The translations under genes and the position numbers were made by a program. A stretch of DNA of 64,000 nucleotides, taken from Candidatus Poribacteria bacterium (lineage in GTDB: Bacteria > Poribacteria > WGA-4E > GCA-2687025). Of the stretch, positions 21,601-32,733 are shown piece by piece (within the stretch, counting starts at the first letter, position 1; every line of letters starts with the position of its first letter). The stretch is from positions 3,360,001 to 3,424,000 of the forward strand of contig OY762492.1 in assembly GCA_963665845.2 (NCBI GenBank). The letters are read 5' to 3'. A model generated the notes under the pieces. The model made no database searches. It saw only the letters and a list, made by a program, of their open reading frames with translations, and was not told the DNA's origin.

Positions 21601-22077
21601 GACAGGCTCTGCCTTGCCGACTATCTGCGCCCTGTCGGGTGGGAGGGCGGCTTAGACAACATAGCGCTGTTCGTGACGACAGCGGGCGAGGGGGTCATGC
21701 GTCAAGCGGAGGAGCTGAAAGAGGCGGGCGAGTATTTGCTGTCGCACGCGCTCGGCGCGCTGGCGTATGAGACGGCGGAGGCGTTTGCGGAGAAGCTGCA
21801 TAGCCGCATCCGCGCCATGTGGGGCTTCCCCGACCCGCCGGACATGACCATGAAACTGATCATGCAATCGCGCTACCGCGGGCAGCGGTACAGCTTTGGA
21901 TACCCCGCATGCCCCGACATGAGCGATCAGACAAAGCTATGGCGGCTGCTCAAGCCGGAACGCATCAACGTTCATCTGACGGAACTGCATATGATGGATC
22001 CAGAAGCGAGCGTGTCGGCGCTGACGTTTCATCATCCGGAAGCGCGCTACTTTAAGGCGGGGGCGGAGGCTGAATAA
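18622..22077 (+). CDS. metH: Cobalamin-dependent methionine synthase
   Basis: DGAMGT, GGCCGTTP, VGERTNVLGS, VKGDVHDIGKNLV (B12-binding), RYSFGYPACPD. Confidence 0.97.
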   Translation: MAVWKTRDIEEMFNERAMLIDGAMGTSIQALNLSPGDFGGASLDGCNEHLCLVLPNAIEQIHRDYLAAGADIIETNSFGATSIVLAEYELEEQAFQINRAAAQIARRAANAYSDSKPRLVAGSMGPGTRSISLTGGVTWDEVEEAYREQALGLLDGGADMLFLETAQDALNLKAAALGVMRAMNETGIQAPIMLSGTIEMMGTALAGQTIEALIAAVEHLPAFSVGLNCATGPAFMTDRLRAAAELAKTRVTVVPNAGLPDENGNYLETPESMTKTLERFVDNGWVNALGGCCGTTPAHIAAFAEMLENKPPRRVPQYSKTHVSGLEYLEIEEDGKPYLVGERTNVLGSRRFKRLIADEKYEEAAEIGRKQARGGANILDICLQDPDRDEQEDIQAFMTRLTKIVKLPLMIDSTDPAVIETALKMCQGKSIINSINLEDGEERFEQVVPLGKRYGAAFIVGTIDEDPEQGMGVTVERKLEIARRSYDLLTRKYAVPEEDIIWDPLVFPIGAGDENYAHAGKYTIEAVEQIKAEFTQTKTVLGISNVSFGLPTAGREVLNAVFMYHCAEAGLDLAIVNTERLERYASIPEKERQLSERLIFDNSPDAVAEFTDFYRKRKTKKQADEWSGMTLHERLARRIVEGVKEGMQADLDEALQSRAPLEIVNGPLMSGMDEVGRLFNNNELIVAEVLQSAEAMKAAVSHLEPHMETDGEASARGAVLLATVKGDVHDIGKNLVDIILTNNGYHVHNLGIKAPPEAIIQAFHESDPDIIGLSGLLVKSAHQMVATAEDLASAGVSIPILVGGAALSKRFTETRIDPAYTTGRAFYAKDAMEGLALANALMDKEKREQLLQPTEKEAPAKRVNIERTAPTKPRTRKAVQPVDPPNPPNLNAHIVEDDLDALFEWINPQTLYGRALGYRGNFERNLAEGDPKALELRGIVRKTLDLASVNNWIQPKAAYQFFRAAADGDAILIFNPSEEDAVERFEFPRQQDRDRLCLADYLRPVGWEGGLDNIALFVTTAGEGVMRQAEELKEAGEYLLSHALGALAYETAEAFAEKLHSRIRAMWGFPDPPDMTMKLIMQSRYRGQRYSFGYPACPDMSDQTKLWRLLKPERINVHLTELHMMDPEASVSALTFHHPEARYFKAGAEAE

Positions 22078-22094
22078 CCACTCCGCCCCGACCG

Positions 22095-22292
22095 CTCATA
22101 GCCTGCCCCCGTGAAAACGGGGGCCATTCCCGCGCCCCCTCCTCGTCATTCCCGCGCAAGCGGGAATCTTAAAGGCATCGCAGCCCGCCGCGCTTTAAAC
22201 CCCCCTAGCCCCCCTTTTCAAGGGGGGGAATCGGACCGCGCCCTTGAAAAGGGGGAATCGGACGCGGCTTTCAAGGGGGAATCGGACGCGGC
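22095..22292. repeat. Composite repeat cluster between convergent genes
   Basis: CTCATAGCCTGCCCCCGTGAAAACGGGG; REP at ~22145; CCCCCTAGCCCCCTTTTCAAGGGG; three tandem AAGGGGGAATCGGAC(C)GCG units. Confidence 0.85.
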
Positions 22293-22309
22293 GCCGCCCC
22301 TTAAGAGCT

Positions 22310-23590
22310 TTATTCTATGCCTGTTACAACGCGCGCTTCGTTCCGCAGCGCCTCCAGCGTCAACTCCCCTGCCGCGAACCGATCGATAGAATCCTTTGAA
22401 ACGCGGAACGCCATGAAGGTGTCGGTCAACGCATGCCCTGACAGAATCGTCGCGGATGAGCGGTACTGAACCCCGTCCTCGGAGCGGTCATGCGTCTCCG
22501 CCGTTGTCGTTTCATAGGTCGGGGCGCCGAGAACGGCGACAGCGACCGTCTCCGCCGGCTCAAGCCGCAGCCTTACGCCATGCTTCAACGCCTCCATGAG
22601 CCGCGCTGTCAGCGCTTCCGCCTTGCCGGCGTCGTATGGGCGTGGAAACGCGGACGGATCCATCTTTTTCGCAATGTAGTCCATCCGTTCTTTTAGAAGA
22701 CGTTTGAAATCTTCCCTCAATTGGAAAGGTTCGAAATCTATGTCCAGCTCTGGAAACTCCTCTAGGCGCGGAAAGAGAGGGCGAACCGCCAAATCTTGCG
22801 GCAAGTTCTCCTCCCAGAAAACGCGCCATAGATTCTCTAAATCTGAAAAGCGGCGCTGCGCTTCGAGCGTTCCAGGATCAAGCGGCGGCGGCGCGGCGTC
22901 GGTTTGCGGCGGCGCGGACAACGGCAGCTTCGCATCGGCTAAAAACAGAACGCCGTACCCCTCAATCGGAACGCCGCGGATGTTGTAGACGGAGTTGTCC
23001 GCGCCCGCCGTCTTTTCTAAGACGCGCGCCATGACCGCCGCATCCTCTAGCGCCGGGGAATCCTCCAGCGTCTGAAACTGTACAGAGACATCCTTCGACC
23101 TGCGTACGGTCAGGATCGAATGCCGCTTGCCGACCGCAACGGCGGCGATCGGACCGAGAGTCTTGACATCCCAGTCGGCGTTTTGGACCGCCTCCGTCAG
23201 CGCCGCTTTCAACAGCCCTGTCATTTCCGCGTTCTTGTTGAAGCCGTCAGTCAAATCGCGCAGCGCCTCGTCCCATGCGTCGCCTGGATCGCCTGACGAG
23301 TTTGCCGCTTCGCCGTTCAAAACGAATGGAACCCTCGCGGCAAAAACGACTCCCGCGCTTCCGAGGTAAAAAGCGTCGCCGTTGAAAAACGGCTCGTTGA
23401 GCGCTTGCCGCAGGCGTTTTTCAAGGCGCGTTTCCAGGGACGCCGTAGCGTCGGCGGCCGTTCGCGCCTCCTCCGCCGACAGCGCCGCGGCGTCCATGAG
23501 CGCGAGCGGCTTCGGCGCCGACTCCGCCAAAAGAGAACCGGGCGCGCACAGCGCCAACGCAAGCAGCGCCGACCAAAACAGATGTTTCAT
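22310..23590 (-). CDS. Exported hypothetical protein, paralogue 3 in ECF sigma operon
   Basis: Signal peptide MKHLFWSALLALALC; motifs AVMARVLEK and IEGYGVLFLADAKLPL shared with neighbours. Confidence 0.75.
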   Translation of the reverse strand: MKHLFWSALLALALCAPGSLLAESAPKPLALMDAAALSAEEARTAADATASLETRLEKRLRQALNEPFFNGDAFYLGSAGVVFAARVPFVLNGEAANSSGDPGDAWDEALRDLTDGFNKNAEMTGLLKAALTEAVQNADWDVKTLGPIAAVAVGKRHSILTVRRSKDVSVQFQTLEDSPALEDAAVMARVLEKTAGADNSVYNIRGVPIEGYGVLFLADAKLPLSAPPQTDAAPPPLDPGTLEAQRRFSDLENLWRVFWEENLPQDLAVRPLFPRLEEFPELDIDFEPFQLREDFKRLLKERMDYIAKKMDPSAFPRPYDAGKAEALTARLMEALKHGVRLRLEPAETVAVAVLGAPTYETTTAETHDRSEDGVQYRSSATILSGHALTDTFMAFRVSKDSIDRFAAGELTLEALRNEARVVTGIE

Positions 23591-23620
23591 CGTCTCATCT
23601 CCTTCCAAAAGCGGCTGTCT

Positions 23621-25135
23621 CTACTTCTGCCGCAACTTTTCTTGAAATTGTTCGCGCGTTAATTCGCCCTTGCCGTAGGCGTCCAGATCGCGTTTCAAGG
23701 CGCGGAACGAGATCTGGGTGCCTTCCGCGCCGCGTATCAAAACGGCAACATACTCCTCCGCGTCCATGCCCTGTATGCGCGAGGCGTATTTGAGCGCGTC
23801 CCAAACCCCCTCCGTGAGCAGATCCTTTAACTGCTTCTCGTTTTCAGAGGTTGAAAAGCCGCCGCCTCTTACAATAACGGGGGAGCCTGACGGTTGGATG
23901 ACAGGAGTTACGACAGCGGTGTATGTCTTTCCGTCGTCGCTAACTGTCCATTCGCTGACGTCTGGGGCTCTCCAGCGGTTGGCGCGTCTGCCGCCGCGCA
24001 GTTCCCGCGCCGACTGCTCCCACAGGTCGTCTTCCCTGCGCGGAGCCAGGGGGAACCGAACATCGGCGACGAACAGGACGCCGTACCCCTCTAGATAGAC
24101 GCCGCGCGCGCCCTTGCCGGGATGCGCTCCTGATGCGCCGGCAGACGGGTTGCCCGTATAAAGCCGCCCTGGCCGCCCCATGCTGTATTTGCCGCCCAGC
24201 TTCCCATGGAGCGTTTTATCCAGTACGCGCGCCATGACGACGGCTCCGCCCTGCGCCGTTGAAACGTCTATGCGTCCAGAGGCGGTTGAGGGGCTGGCGA
24301 GGCTTCCAAACTCGGCGCGGGCGGAGAAGTAGGTCGGCGCAAGACCGCCGCCGCTCATGGCGTAGACGGCGAGGAGATCGGCGTCCGCAAAATGGCGCAT
24401 GTTCGACGCATGTTTGAGCGCCGACAGAACCGCGTTTACGAATTTGGACGCCCTCTCGGCGTCGTAGGTTTCATCCGAAGAGTCGGAAGAGCCGACCCCC
24501 ATCCTCTGCCGCGCCGCCTCCCAGACCGCGTCCGTTTCGGCGTCCGCCCTGGACGGGCGCGAGTCGACAAGCAGGGACGGAAAGTCCACTAGATAGAGGC
24601 AGCCGCGCCCTAGATACACGGAATGAATTCGCAGCCTGATCGGCAAAATATAATCTTCCGGGAACTCCTGCTCAATCAGATCGGACAGCACCGAATAAAA
24701 CACCCTCATGTCCTCAAAGATTTCGAGCGTCTGCGTTCGGTTCCGCCCGTCCTCTACGCCGACAAGAAGCGGCTGCGCCATGTCAATCGCCTGAAGAGGG
24801 ATGACTTCTATCGTATCCGAAAAAGTGAATGGCACATTGAAAGGTCCGCCTCCGCTGAAAGATTCGCCAGGCGTAACGGTCTCTATAATAGGATGCCCTT
24901 CCGTATCCTCCGCCGCCCAAATCGAAGAAATCTTGCCGTCGTCTCCCACTACGAAGCGCAGTTTGTCCGCAGAAAAATCTTCTACAGCTTCGTCAAAAGT
25001 GAATGTCACAGTGAAAGAATCGTCAGGCGTAGTTTCCTCTATAGTAAGAACTTTCTGCCATACCGTATCTTCCGCCGCCAAAACCGAAGCGCATGCCGCC
25101 AGCGCCAGCAGCGCCGCAACCCATATTCGTCTCAT
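23621..25135 (-). CDS. Exported hypothetical protein, paralogue 2, with Ig-like-domain fragments
   Basis: Signal peptide; VVMARVLDK and YLEGYGVLFVADVRFPL; FTVTFTFDEAVEDF and SDDGKTYTAVVTP segments. Confidence 0.75.
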   Translation of the reverse strand: MRRIWVAALLALAACASVLAAEDTVWQKVLTIEETTPDDSFTVTFTFDEAVEDFSADKLRFVVGDDGKISSIWAAEDTEGHPIIETVTPGESFSGGGPFNVPFTFSDTIEVIPLQAIDMAQPLLVGVEDGRNRTQTLEIFEDMRVFYSVLSDLIEQEFPEDYILPIRLRIHSVYLGRGCLYLVDFPSLLVDSRPSRADAETDAVWEAARQRMGVGSSDSSDETYDAERASKFVNAVLSALKHASNMRHFADADLLAVYAMSGGGLAPTYFSARAEFGSLASPSTASGRIDVSTAQGGAVVMARVLDKTLHGKLGGKYSMGRPGRLYTGNPSAGASGAHPGKGARGVYLEGYGVLFVADVRFPLAPRREDDLWEQSARELRGGRRANRWRAPDVSEWTVSDDGKTYTAVVTPVIQPSGSPVIVRGGGFSTSENEKQLKDLLTEGVWDALKYASRIQGMDAEEYVAVLIRGAEGTQISFRALKRDLDAYGKGELTREQFQEKLRQK

Positions 25136-26631
25136 TTCTCTTCTCCTTTCGTGACGTTGGGCTTCCCCGCCTCTATTGCGAGACCGATATTCTGAATGTC
25201 AGCCTGGTTCGCCAAATCCATCGCCTCCACGATCCGCTCATGATGTACTTTGGGGCTGGATCGAATGATGAGCTGTTTTTTCTTTTCTGCAGGCGCGCTG
25301 TTGAACCGCTCCTTCAGCTGCTCCATCGTCGCCGTTTCGCCGTCCAGCGTCATGCTGCCGTCTTCGCTGATGGTCAGCGTCAGCATTTTATCCGACCAAG
25401 CAAGCGACTGCGCAAGCTCCTCCCAGCTCAACGAGAGCATGTCGATCTTAATCGACACTTTTTCTCGAAACGCGCTGATGTCCAGAGCGCCGCCGCCGTA
25501 AGCGTCCGCATGCCGCTTCAAGGTCCGAAACACGAGATTGGAACCGTCGTAGCCGCGTATCGACACGATCAGCGCCTCGTCCGGATCCATGCCGCTGATG
25601 CGCGATCCGTAGCGCAGCGCTTCAAGGATCGTGTCCACTGTTCGGCTTCTGAGAAAGACCGCTTCATGCGGGGTCGGGAGCTTATCGCGATCCAAGCGAT
25701 GCGCTCCGAAGTCGGGGCGGATTTGAGATCCGCTCCGCAGCTCGCTGAGCGATTCCTGCCACAGATCCGCAGGCAGTTCGTTGTCCGCCTCATCTGCGCC
25801 GACCGGGTAATGAACGTCGGTGAAGAAAAGCGCGCCGTACCCCTTCAGGTAGAGGCTGCGGACGCCCTCGCCTACAGGAACATATAAGGTGGAGGAGGTT
25901 ACCATGGTAATGCCGTCTTCGACGCTGACCTCCATCGGTCCGCCGCTGAATCGACTGCCCAGTTTAGCGCGCAGGAGTTTGTCGATCACGCGCCCCATCG
26001 CCGCCGCGTCGCCCTGCGTGGAGGGGCTGCCCGTCCATTCCGCTGCGAATTGAACGGCGGATAGGTCTTTGAAAGAGGCTCTTGCGGTCAAGATCGATTT
26101 TGCGGGGGGGATCGCTATGCCGACTGCCGCGACCGCGATGAAATCGTCCGTTTTAAAATGGCGAATGTTTTTTGCCAGAGCCAGCGCGGTCTGCAGCGTC
26201 TCTTTGAGCCGCTCCGCTCTGTCGGGCGGGACATCTGCGCGCGGCGCGTAACCTAACTTTCGGCGCGCCGCGTCCCATGCCTCGTCCGACGGCTGATCGG
26301 GGCTTTGCGTTTCGGCGCCGGCGACATGAAACGGCAGATCCGCCAAAAAGAGACAGCCGCTCCCCAGATAATAGGAGCGTATCATGACATGCCGTATATG
26401 CGGATTGTCAGGGAAGGCGTCGGCGATCAGCTCCCCCAGCGCGGACGTCATGACGCGCATGTCCTCCAAAATGTCATGGACATGCGCCGACGGGCGGCTC
26501 TCTGTGTTCAGCAGAGCGATTGGCGCCTTATGAAAAAAATCGGGATCGATTTCCACCTTCGGTACTTCCTTCGAAGACGCCTCTGCCGCCGTCCAGCAGA
26601 TGAGCAGCGCCAGGATTGTGAGCGTTCGCAT
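25132..26631 (-). CDS. Exported hypothetical protein, paralogue 1, with C-terminal ExbD/TolR-like domain
   Basis: ATG at 26631 with AAAGGA RBS; signal peptide; C-terminus LTISEDGSMTLDG...LIIRSSPKVHHERIVEAMDLANQADIQNIGLA. Confidence 0.75.
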   Translation of the reverse strand: MRTLTILALLICWTAAEASSKEVPKVEIDPDFFHKAPIALLNTESRPSAHVHDILEDMRVMTSALGELIADAFPDNPHIRHVMIRSYYLGSGCLFLADLPFHVAGAETQSPDQPSDEAWDAARRKLGYAPRADVPPDRAERLKETLQTALALAKNIRHFKTDDFIAVAAVGIAIPPAKSILTARASFKDLSAVQFAAEWTGSPSTQGDAAAMGRVIDKLLRAKLGSRFSGGPMEVSVEDGITMVTSSTLYVPVGEGVRSLYLKGYGALFFTDVHYPVGADEADNELPADLWQESLSELRSGSQIRPDFGAHRLDRDKLPTPHEAVFLRSRTVDTILEALRYGSRISGMDPDEALIVSIRGYDGSNLVFRTLKRHADAYGGGALDISAFREKVSIKIDMLSLSWEELAQSLAWSDKMLTLTISEDGSMTLDGETATMEQLKERFNSAPAEKKKQLIIRSSPKVHHERIVEAMDLANQADIQNIGLAIEAGKPNVTKGEEK

Positions 26632-26678
26632 GTTCGTTCCTTTCGTTGTTTGCCGATGCCGTTTCATCCATTCGCCTC

Positions 26679-27350
26679 TCATTCTTGTTGGGCGGCGTAG
26701 AGCCTCATGTTCGCTAGGCGGAGAACGCCGCTCTGCAGCGCTTCGATGTCTTGGACATATTGCCGGTCTCGGCTGTTTGCCCATTCCGCTAAAAAGCTTT
26801 CTTTATGCGCTTGGTCTTCGATATAGTCGTAGTTGAATCGGTCGAGCCAGCGCTGCAGCTCCTTCTGCGTTTCGGTTGAGAACGCCGCCATGTCCCTGCG
26901 CGAAGCGGCGTACAGGTCGGCGTAGATCTGGCGGCGGGCGGCGTCCATGGTGACGACCATCTCATTCGCCATCTCTTGCGTCAGCTCTTTTTTTAAAGAG
27001 ACGCGCAGTTCGTCATGAAGGGAGGCGCGCAGGCTCTCTACAGCCGCCTCGTCCAGCGGGCGCGAATCGGCATGTTTCACCGCCAGCGCCGCCCCTGCAT
27101 ATCCGAGCCCCAGCGCCAAGCAGGCGGCGGCAGCCCAACGCAGCGCCGTTCTCCAAGGGCTTCGCGCTGGGCGTTTTGGCGAAGATTCCGACTCCCACTG
27201 ATGCAGCGCATACATCGTCTCGCGCCAGCCGTCCACTAGAGAGCGGCACTCGGCGCAGTTTCGCAGGTGAACCGTCCGCTTTTCCTGTTCAGCTTCAACC
27301 GCTTCGCCGTAAAGATACTCCGCCCATTCTTCATGCGTCGGACAATTCAT
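26679..27350 (-). CDS. Zinc-binding (ZAS) anti-sigma factor
   Basis: N-terminal C...HLRNCAEC (HxxxCxxC), single TM, helical C-terminal region; follows ECF sigma. Confidence 0.85.
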   Translation of the reverse strand: MNCPTHEEWAEYLYGEAVEAEQEKRTVHLRNCAECRSLVDGWRETMYALHQWESESSPKRPARSPWRTALRWAAAACLALGLGYAGAALAVKHADSRPLDEAAVESLRASLHDELRVSLKKELTQEMANEMVVTMDAARRQIYADLYAASRRDMAAFSTETQKELQRWLDRFNYDYIEDQAHKESFLAEWANSRDRQYVQDIEALQSGVLRLANMRLYAAQQE

Positions 27351-27378
27351 GAACGCTCCCTTTCTTTTTAACGCCTTT

Positions 27379-27945
27379 CTAACGCCCGCGCAGCAGCGGT
27401 TTCAAACGCCGCGCCAACTGGTTCAGCGCCTCCGCCATGCGCGATTTGACCGTTCCGACCGGTATGTCTAAAATCTCCGCGATCTCTCGAAACTTCAGCT
27501 CCTCGTAATGCCGAAGCGCGACGACCGCGCGGTACTTCTCATCCAGCGACATGACCGCCCTTCGCGCCGCTTCCGCCTCCTCCCGCTGAATCAGCTCCCT
27601 TTCGACGCTGGGGGGAACGAAGGTCGGCAGCTCCATGCGCTCCATCGCTTCCGTTTCGCGCCGTTGGCACCGCAGTTCGTCCAGGCAGCGGTTGACCGCG
27701 ATGCGCCAGATATAGGTTGAAAACTTGGCGCGGCGCGTATATCGGCTTCGGGAGGCGAACAGCCGCGCGAACGTCTCCTGGCGCATATCCTCCGCCAGAT
27801 GCGCGTCGCCGAGCATTCTATAACACAACCTCTCCACCGGCGCCTCCCACCGCTTCATCAACAGCGCGAACGCTTGATGGTCGTCATGGTCGCGCGTCCG
27901 CTCCATCAGCGCTTCGTCGCTTGCGCGAAACCGATTCCATGCCAC
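27379..27945 (-). CDS. ECF RNA polymerase sigma factor
   Basis: AEDMRQETF, FSTYIWRIAVNRCLD, EIAEILDIPVGTVKSRM. Confidence 0.95.
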   Translation of the reverse strand: MAWNRFRASDEALMERTRDHDDHQAFALLMKRWEAPVERLCYRMLGDAHLAEDMRQETFARLFASRSRYTRRAKFSTYIWRIAVNRCLDELRCQRRETEAMERMELPTFVPPSVERELIQREEAEAARRAVMSLDEKYRAVVALRHYEELKFREIAEILDIPVGTVKSRMAEALNQLARRLKPLLRGR

Positions 27946-28012
27946 ATACGGCTCCCGTCCTGCCTATCATCTATGAAACGCCGCAGAGCGGAAAAGGATC
28001 GGTCTATTTTCG

Positions 28013-28456
28013 TTAAATTCCGAATTTCACTTTGACGCAAAAGAAAACGGCGATGAACGCGAGCAATCCCAGAGCCATTGAGACCGCAAACCCGACGCGC
28101 CTGGGCGCCTCTCCCTCTTCAAACGCCGCCGTCCATTTGCGCAGGCGGCGCGCATCCAGTATGAGCAGAACGTAGATCAGCAGAAACGCGGTCAGCTTCG
28201 CGTGGAACCAGCCCTGCGACCAGATCTCTGGGCGCATTATGCTGAGGAGTATGCCGAAGAGCGGGGCGATCGCCGCGAGCGGCATCTCCACGCGCAGCGT
28301 CAAGAAGCGGGCGAGGCGCGCCCGTTCCAGCGTCAAACCGCCGCAGCATAACGCCCGCGCCGATAAATACGCGCCGAACCAGCCCGCCGCCGCAATGAGA
28401 TGGATCAAAAGCAGCGCCGTATGCAGATAAATCGAAGTCTTTGTCGTCAGCAACAT
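28013..28456 (-). CDS. HemJ/CopD-family membrane protein
   Basis: Four TMs, IHLIAAAGWF and QGWFHAKLT motifs; start inferred at MLLTTK. Confidence 0.6.
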   Translation of the reverse strand: MLLTTKTSIYLHTALLLIHLIAAAGWFGAYLSARALCCGGLTLERARLARFLTLRVEMPLAAIAPLFGILLSIMRPEIWSQGWFHAKLTAFLLIYVLLILDARRLRKWTAAFEEGEAPRRVGFAVSMALGLLAFIAVFFCVKVKFGI

Positions 28457-28657
28457 CGCAATGCCCTTCTGTAGCGTTTGTTGAAGCGTCGCCTCTATTG
28501 TATCCGAATTGCGCAGTATCTGAAGGCGGCGGCATTTGATGAAGGCGTGCAGGGCGCGGGTTTCTGGACTTCGCCCTGAAAAGGGAGGCTGGGGGGTTTT
28601 AGCCGCATGCGCATACAAGCGCTATCATTAAAGAAAACGCTGTCTAAGGAGTTCCGC

Positions 28658-30721
<2,064 letters not shown>

Positions 30722-30747
30722 ACATTAAAACAAAAAGGAGCGGAAAA

Positions 30748-32733
30748 GTGAGCCTGCATCGACGCGCGATTCTTTGGGTCATGGTCAGTCTCGTATCGGC
30801 GGGAACCGCGGCGTCTGACAGGAATGCGCCGACTCGCGCTCCTCAATATGCGCCTTCTGCGACGTTTCTTGAAAGAGGCGTCGGTCCGTTTGATGAAATG
30901 GACTATTCGCCCGATGAGAACAAGCTGGCGATCCAAGCGGCAGACGGCGTCTGGATATACGACGCGCAAACCTTTGAAAAAATCGAACGGCTGCAGGGCG
31001 CGCGCCCATTAAACGATTCCTATACGCACATCATTTTTCAGACCTATTCGCCGGATGAAACGCTTGCCGCAGGGAGTACCGTCGCCGGCCATCTTCTCAT
31101 CTGGGATATGGAGTCGGACCGACTGAAACATGCGCTGAAGGAGCAGTCGGGTCGGGTTGTAGGTGCGGCGTTTTCACCTGACAATATGTCTTTTGCCGCT
31201 TCTGTACGAGACTATAAGATACGCCTGTGGAATGCGCAGACGGGCGAACTGCAGCATACGCTGGAAGGCGATTTTGGATGGGTGGATGCGCTGCAATATT
31301 CGCCGGACAGCCGCGTCCTCGCCGCCGGCGACGGCAGAAACCATGCGATTCTGCTTTACGACGCGCAGACGGGCGAACTCAAAAAGAAGCTGACCGGACA
31401 TACGGGCGACATCGACGCGCTCGATTATTCGCCCGACGGCAAAACGATTGCGAGCGGCAGTTGGGACGGGACGATACGGCTTTGGGACGCTGAAACAGGC
31501 GACCCTCTCTCCGTTCTACAGGCGCCGCCCAAGGATATTGTCGAAACGCTCGATTATTCGCCCGACGGCAAAACGATTGCGAGCGGAGAAAGCCGCAGAG
31601 TTCGCCTATGGGACGCGCAAACGGGTCGACTGAAAACGACGCTGGTCATGCCTAGATTTGTCAGCTCGGTTCGATTCTTGTCGGACGGGAACACGCTTGT
31701 TGTTGTGGACAGCTTTTACGCCATGCTCTGGGATTTAAAGACGGGAGCGGAGGTTGTCCCTTTGCAGGGTCATACAGGCGCGGTCGCCTCAATAGCGTTT
31801 TCTAAAGACGGCGCGGCTGTCTTGACCGGCAGCCATGACAATACGGCGCGCCTATGGAGCGCCGAGACAGGGGAGATGATTCGCGCATTTGAAGGGCATA
31901 CCGCGCGCGTCAATTCCGCCGCATATTTGAAAGACGGAGAATCGGTATTGACCGGCAGCCATGACAAGACGGTACGCCTATGGGACGCCGAAACAGGCGC
32001 CGAGATTCGAACCTTGAAAGGGCATGCGGGACCGGTGTTGTCAGCGTCGGCTTCACCAGACGAGCAGACGATCGCAAGCGGAGGGCATGACAAGACGGTT
32101 CGCCTATGGGACGCCGAGACGGGCGCGCTCATCCATACGCTGGGCGGACATACCGACTGGGCGACCTCGATCGCCTTTTCGCCGGACGGCAAAGCGGTTA
32201 TGAGCGGCAGCCTCGACTCAACCGTTCGGGTATGGGACGCGCAAACGGGCGGTCTGATACTGGAAACGAACCTGCTGCCCATGAATATCTACTCGGTCGG
32301 CTATCTACAAAACGGCGACATGTTCGTTTCGGACGCAGCGCTGATACAGACGCTAGACCGAAAGAGGGGGCATCGGATCCAATGGATCGAAAGCCATATG
32401 GCCGGCGAGGATGGGCTTCATGGCAACGCGCTCACGGGCGAGTATATCCCTCTTGACATCCCGAATAGGGTCTCGAATAGGGAGTATTACGAAAACTGGT
32501 ATTTGGCGGCGGCCGTCTCGCCGGACGGCAAAACGGCCGCCGCCGGCGCCGTTGACAGCCTCCTCATTTTGATCGATATGGAGACGCGGAAATATAAGCG
32601 GCTCTTCGGAGGGCATTCGTCTTCTGTCAAGTCGGCCGCATATTCGCCGGACGGGACGCGCCTCGCCAGCGGAGGGGAGGACGGTTCCGCTCTGATTTGG
32701 CGTCTGCCGAAGACTGTTCAGGAGGTTGAATGA
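30748..32733 (+). CDS. Secreted WD40-repeat protein (probable double propeller), paralogue 1
   Basis: GTG start after AAGGAG; many WD repeats; ends QEVE. Confidence 0.9.
   Translation: MSLHRRAILWVMVSLVSAGTAASDRNAPTRAPQYAPSATFLERGVGPFDEMDYSPDENKLAIQAADGVWIYDAQTFEKIERLQGARPLNDSYTHIIFQTYSPDETLAAGSTVAGHLLIWDMESDRLKHALKEQSGRVVGAAFSPDNMSFAASVRDYKIRLWNAQTGELQHTLEGDFGWVDALQYSPDSRVLAAGDGRNHAILLYDAQTGELKKKLTGHTGDIDALDYSPDGKTIASGSWDGTIRLWDAETGDPLSVLQAPPKDIVETLDYSPDGKTIASGESRRVRLWDAQTGRLKTTLVMPRFVSSVRFLSDGNTLVVVDSFYAMLWDLKTGAEVVPLQGHTGAVASIAFSKDGAAVLTGSHDNTARLWSAETGEMIRAFEGHTARVNSAAYLKDGESVLTGSHDKTVRLWDAETGAEIRTLKGHAGPVLSASASPDEQTIASGGHDKTVRLWDAETGALIHTLGGHTDWATSIAFSPDGKAVMSGSLDSTVRVWDAQTGGLILETNLLPMNIYSVGYLQNGDMFVSDAALIQTLDRKRGHRIQWIESHMAGEDGLHGNALTGEYIPLDIPNRVSNREYYENWYLAAAVSPDGKTAAAGAVDSLLILIDMETRKYKRLFGGHSSSVKSAAYSPDGTRLASGGEDGSALIWRLPKTVQEVE

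Noticed and set aside
26632-26784. N-terminal extension of the 550-aa ORF overlapping the anti-sigma gene
   Set aside because: ATG at 26631 has an RBS and begins a signal peptide; the extension is probably non-coding
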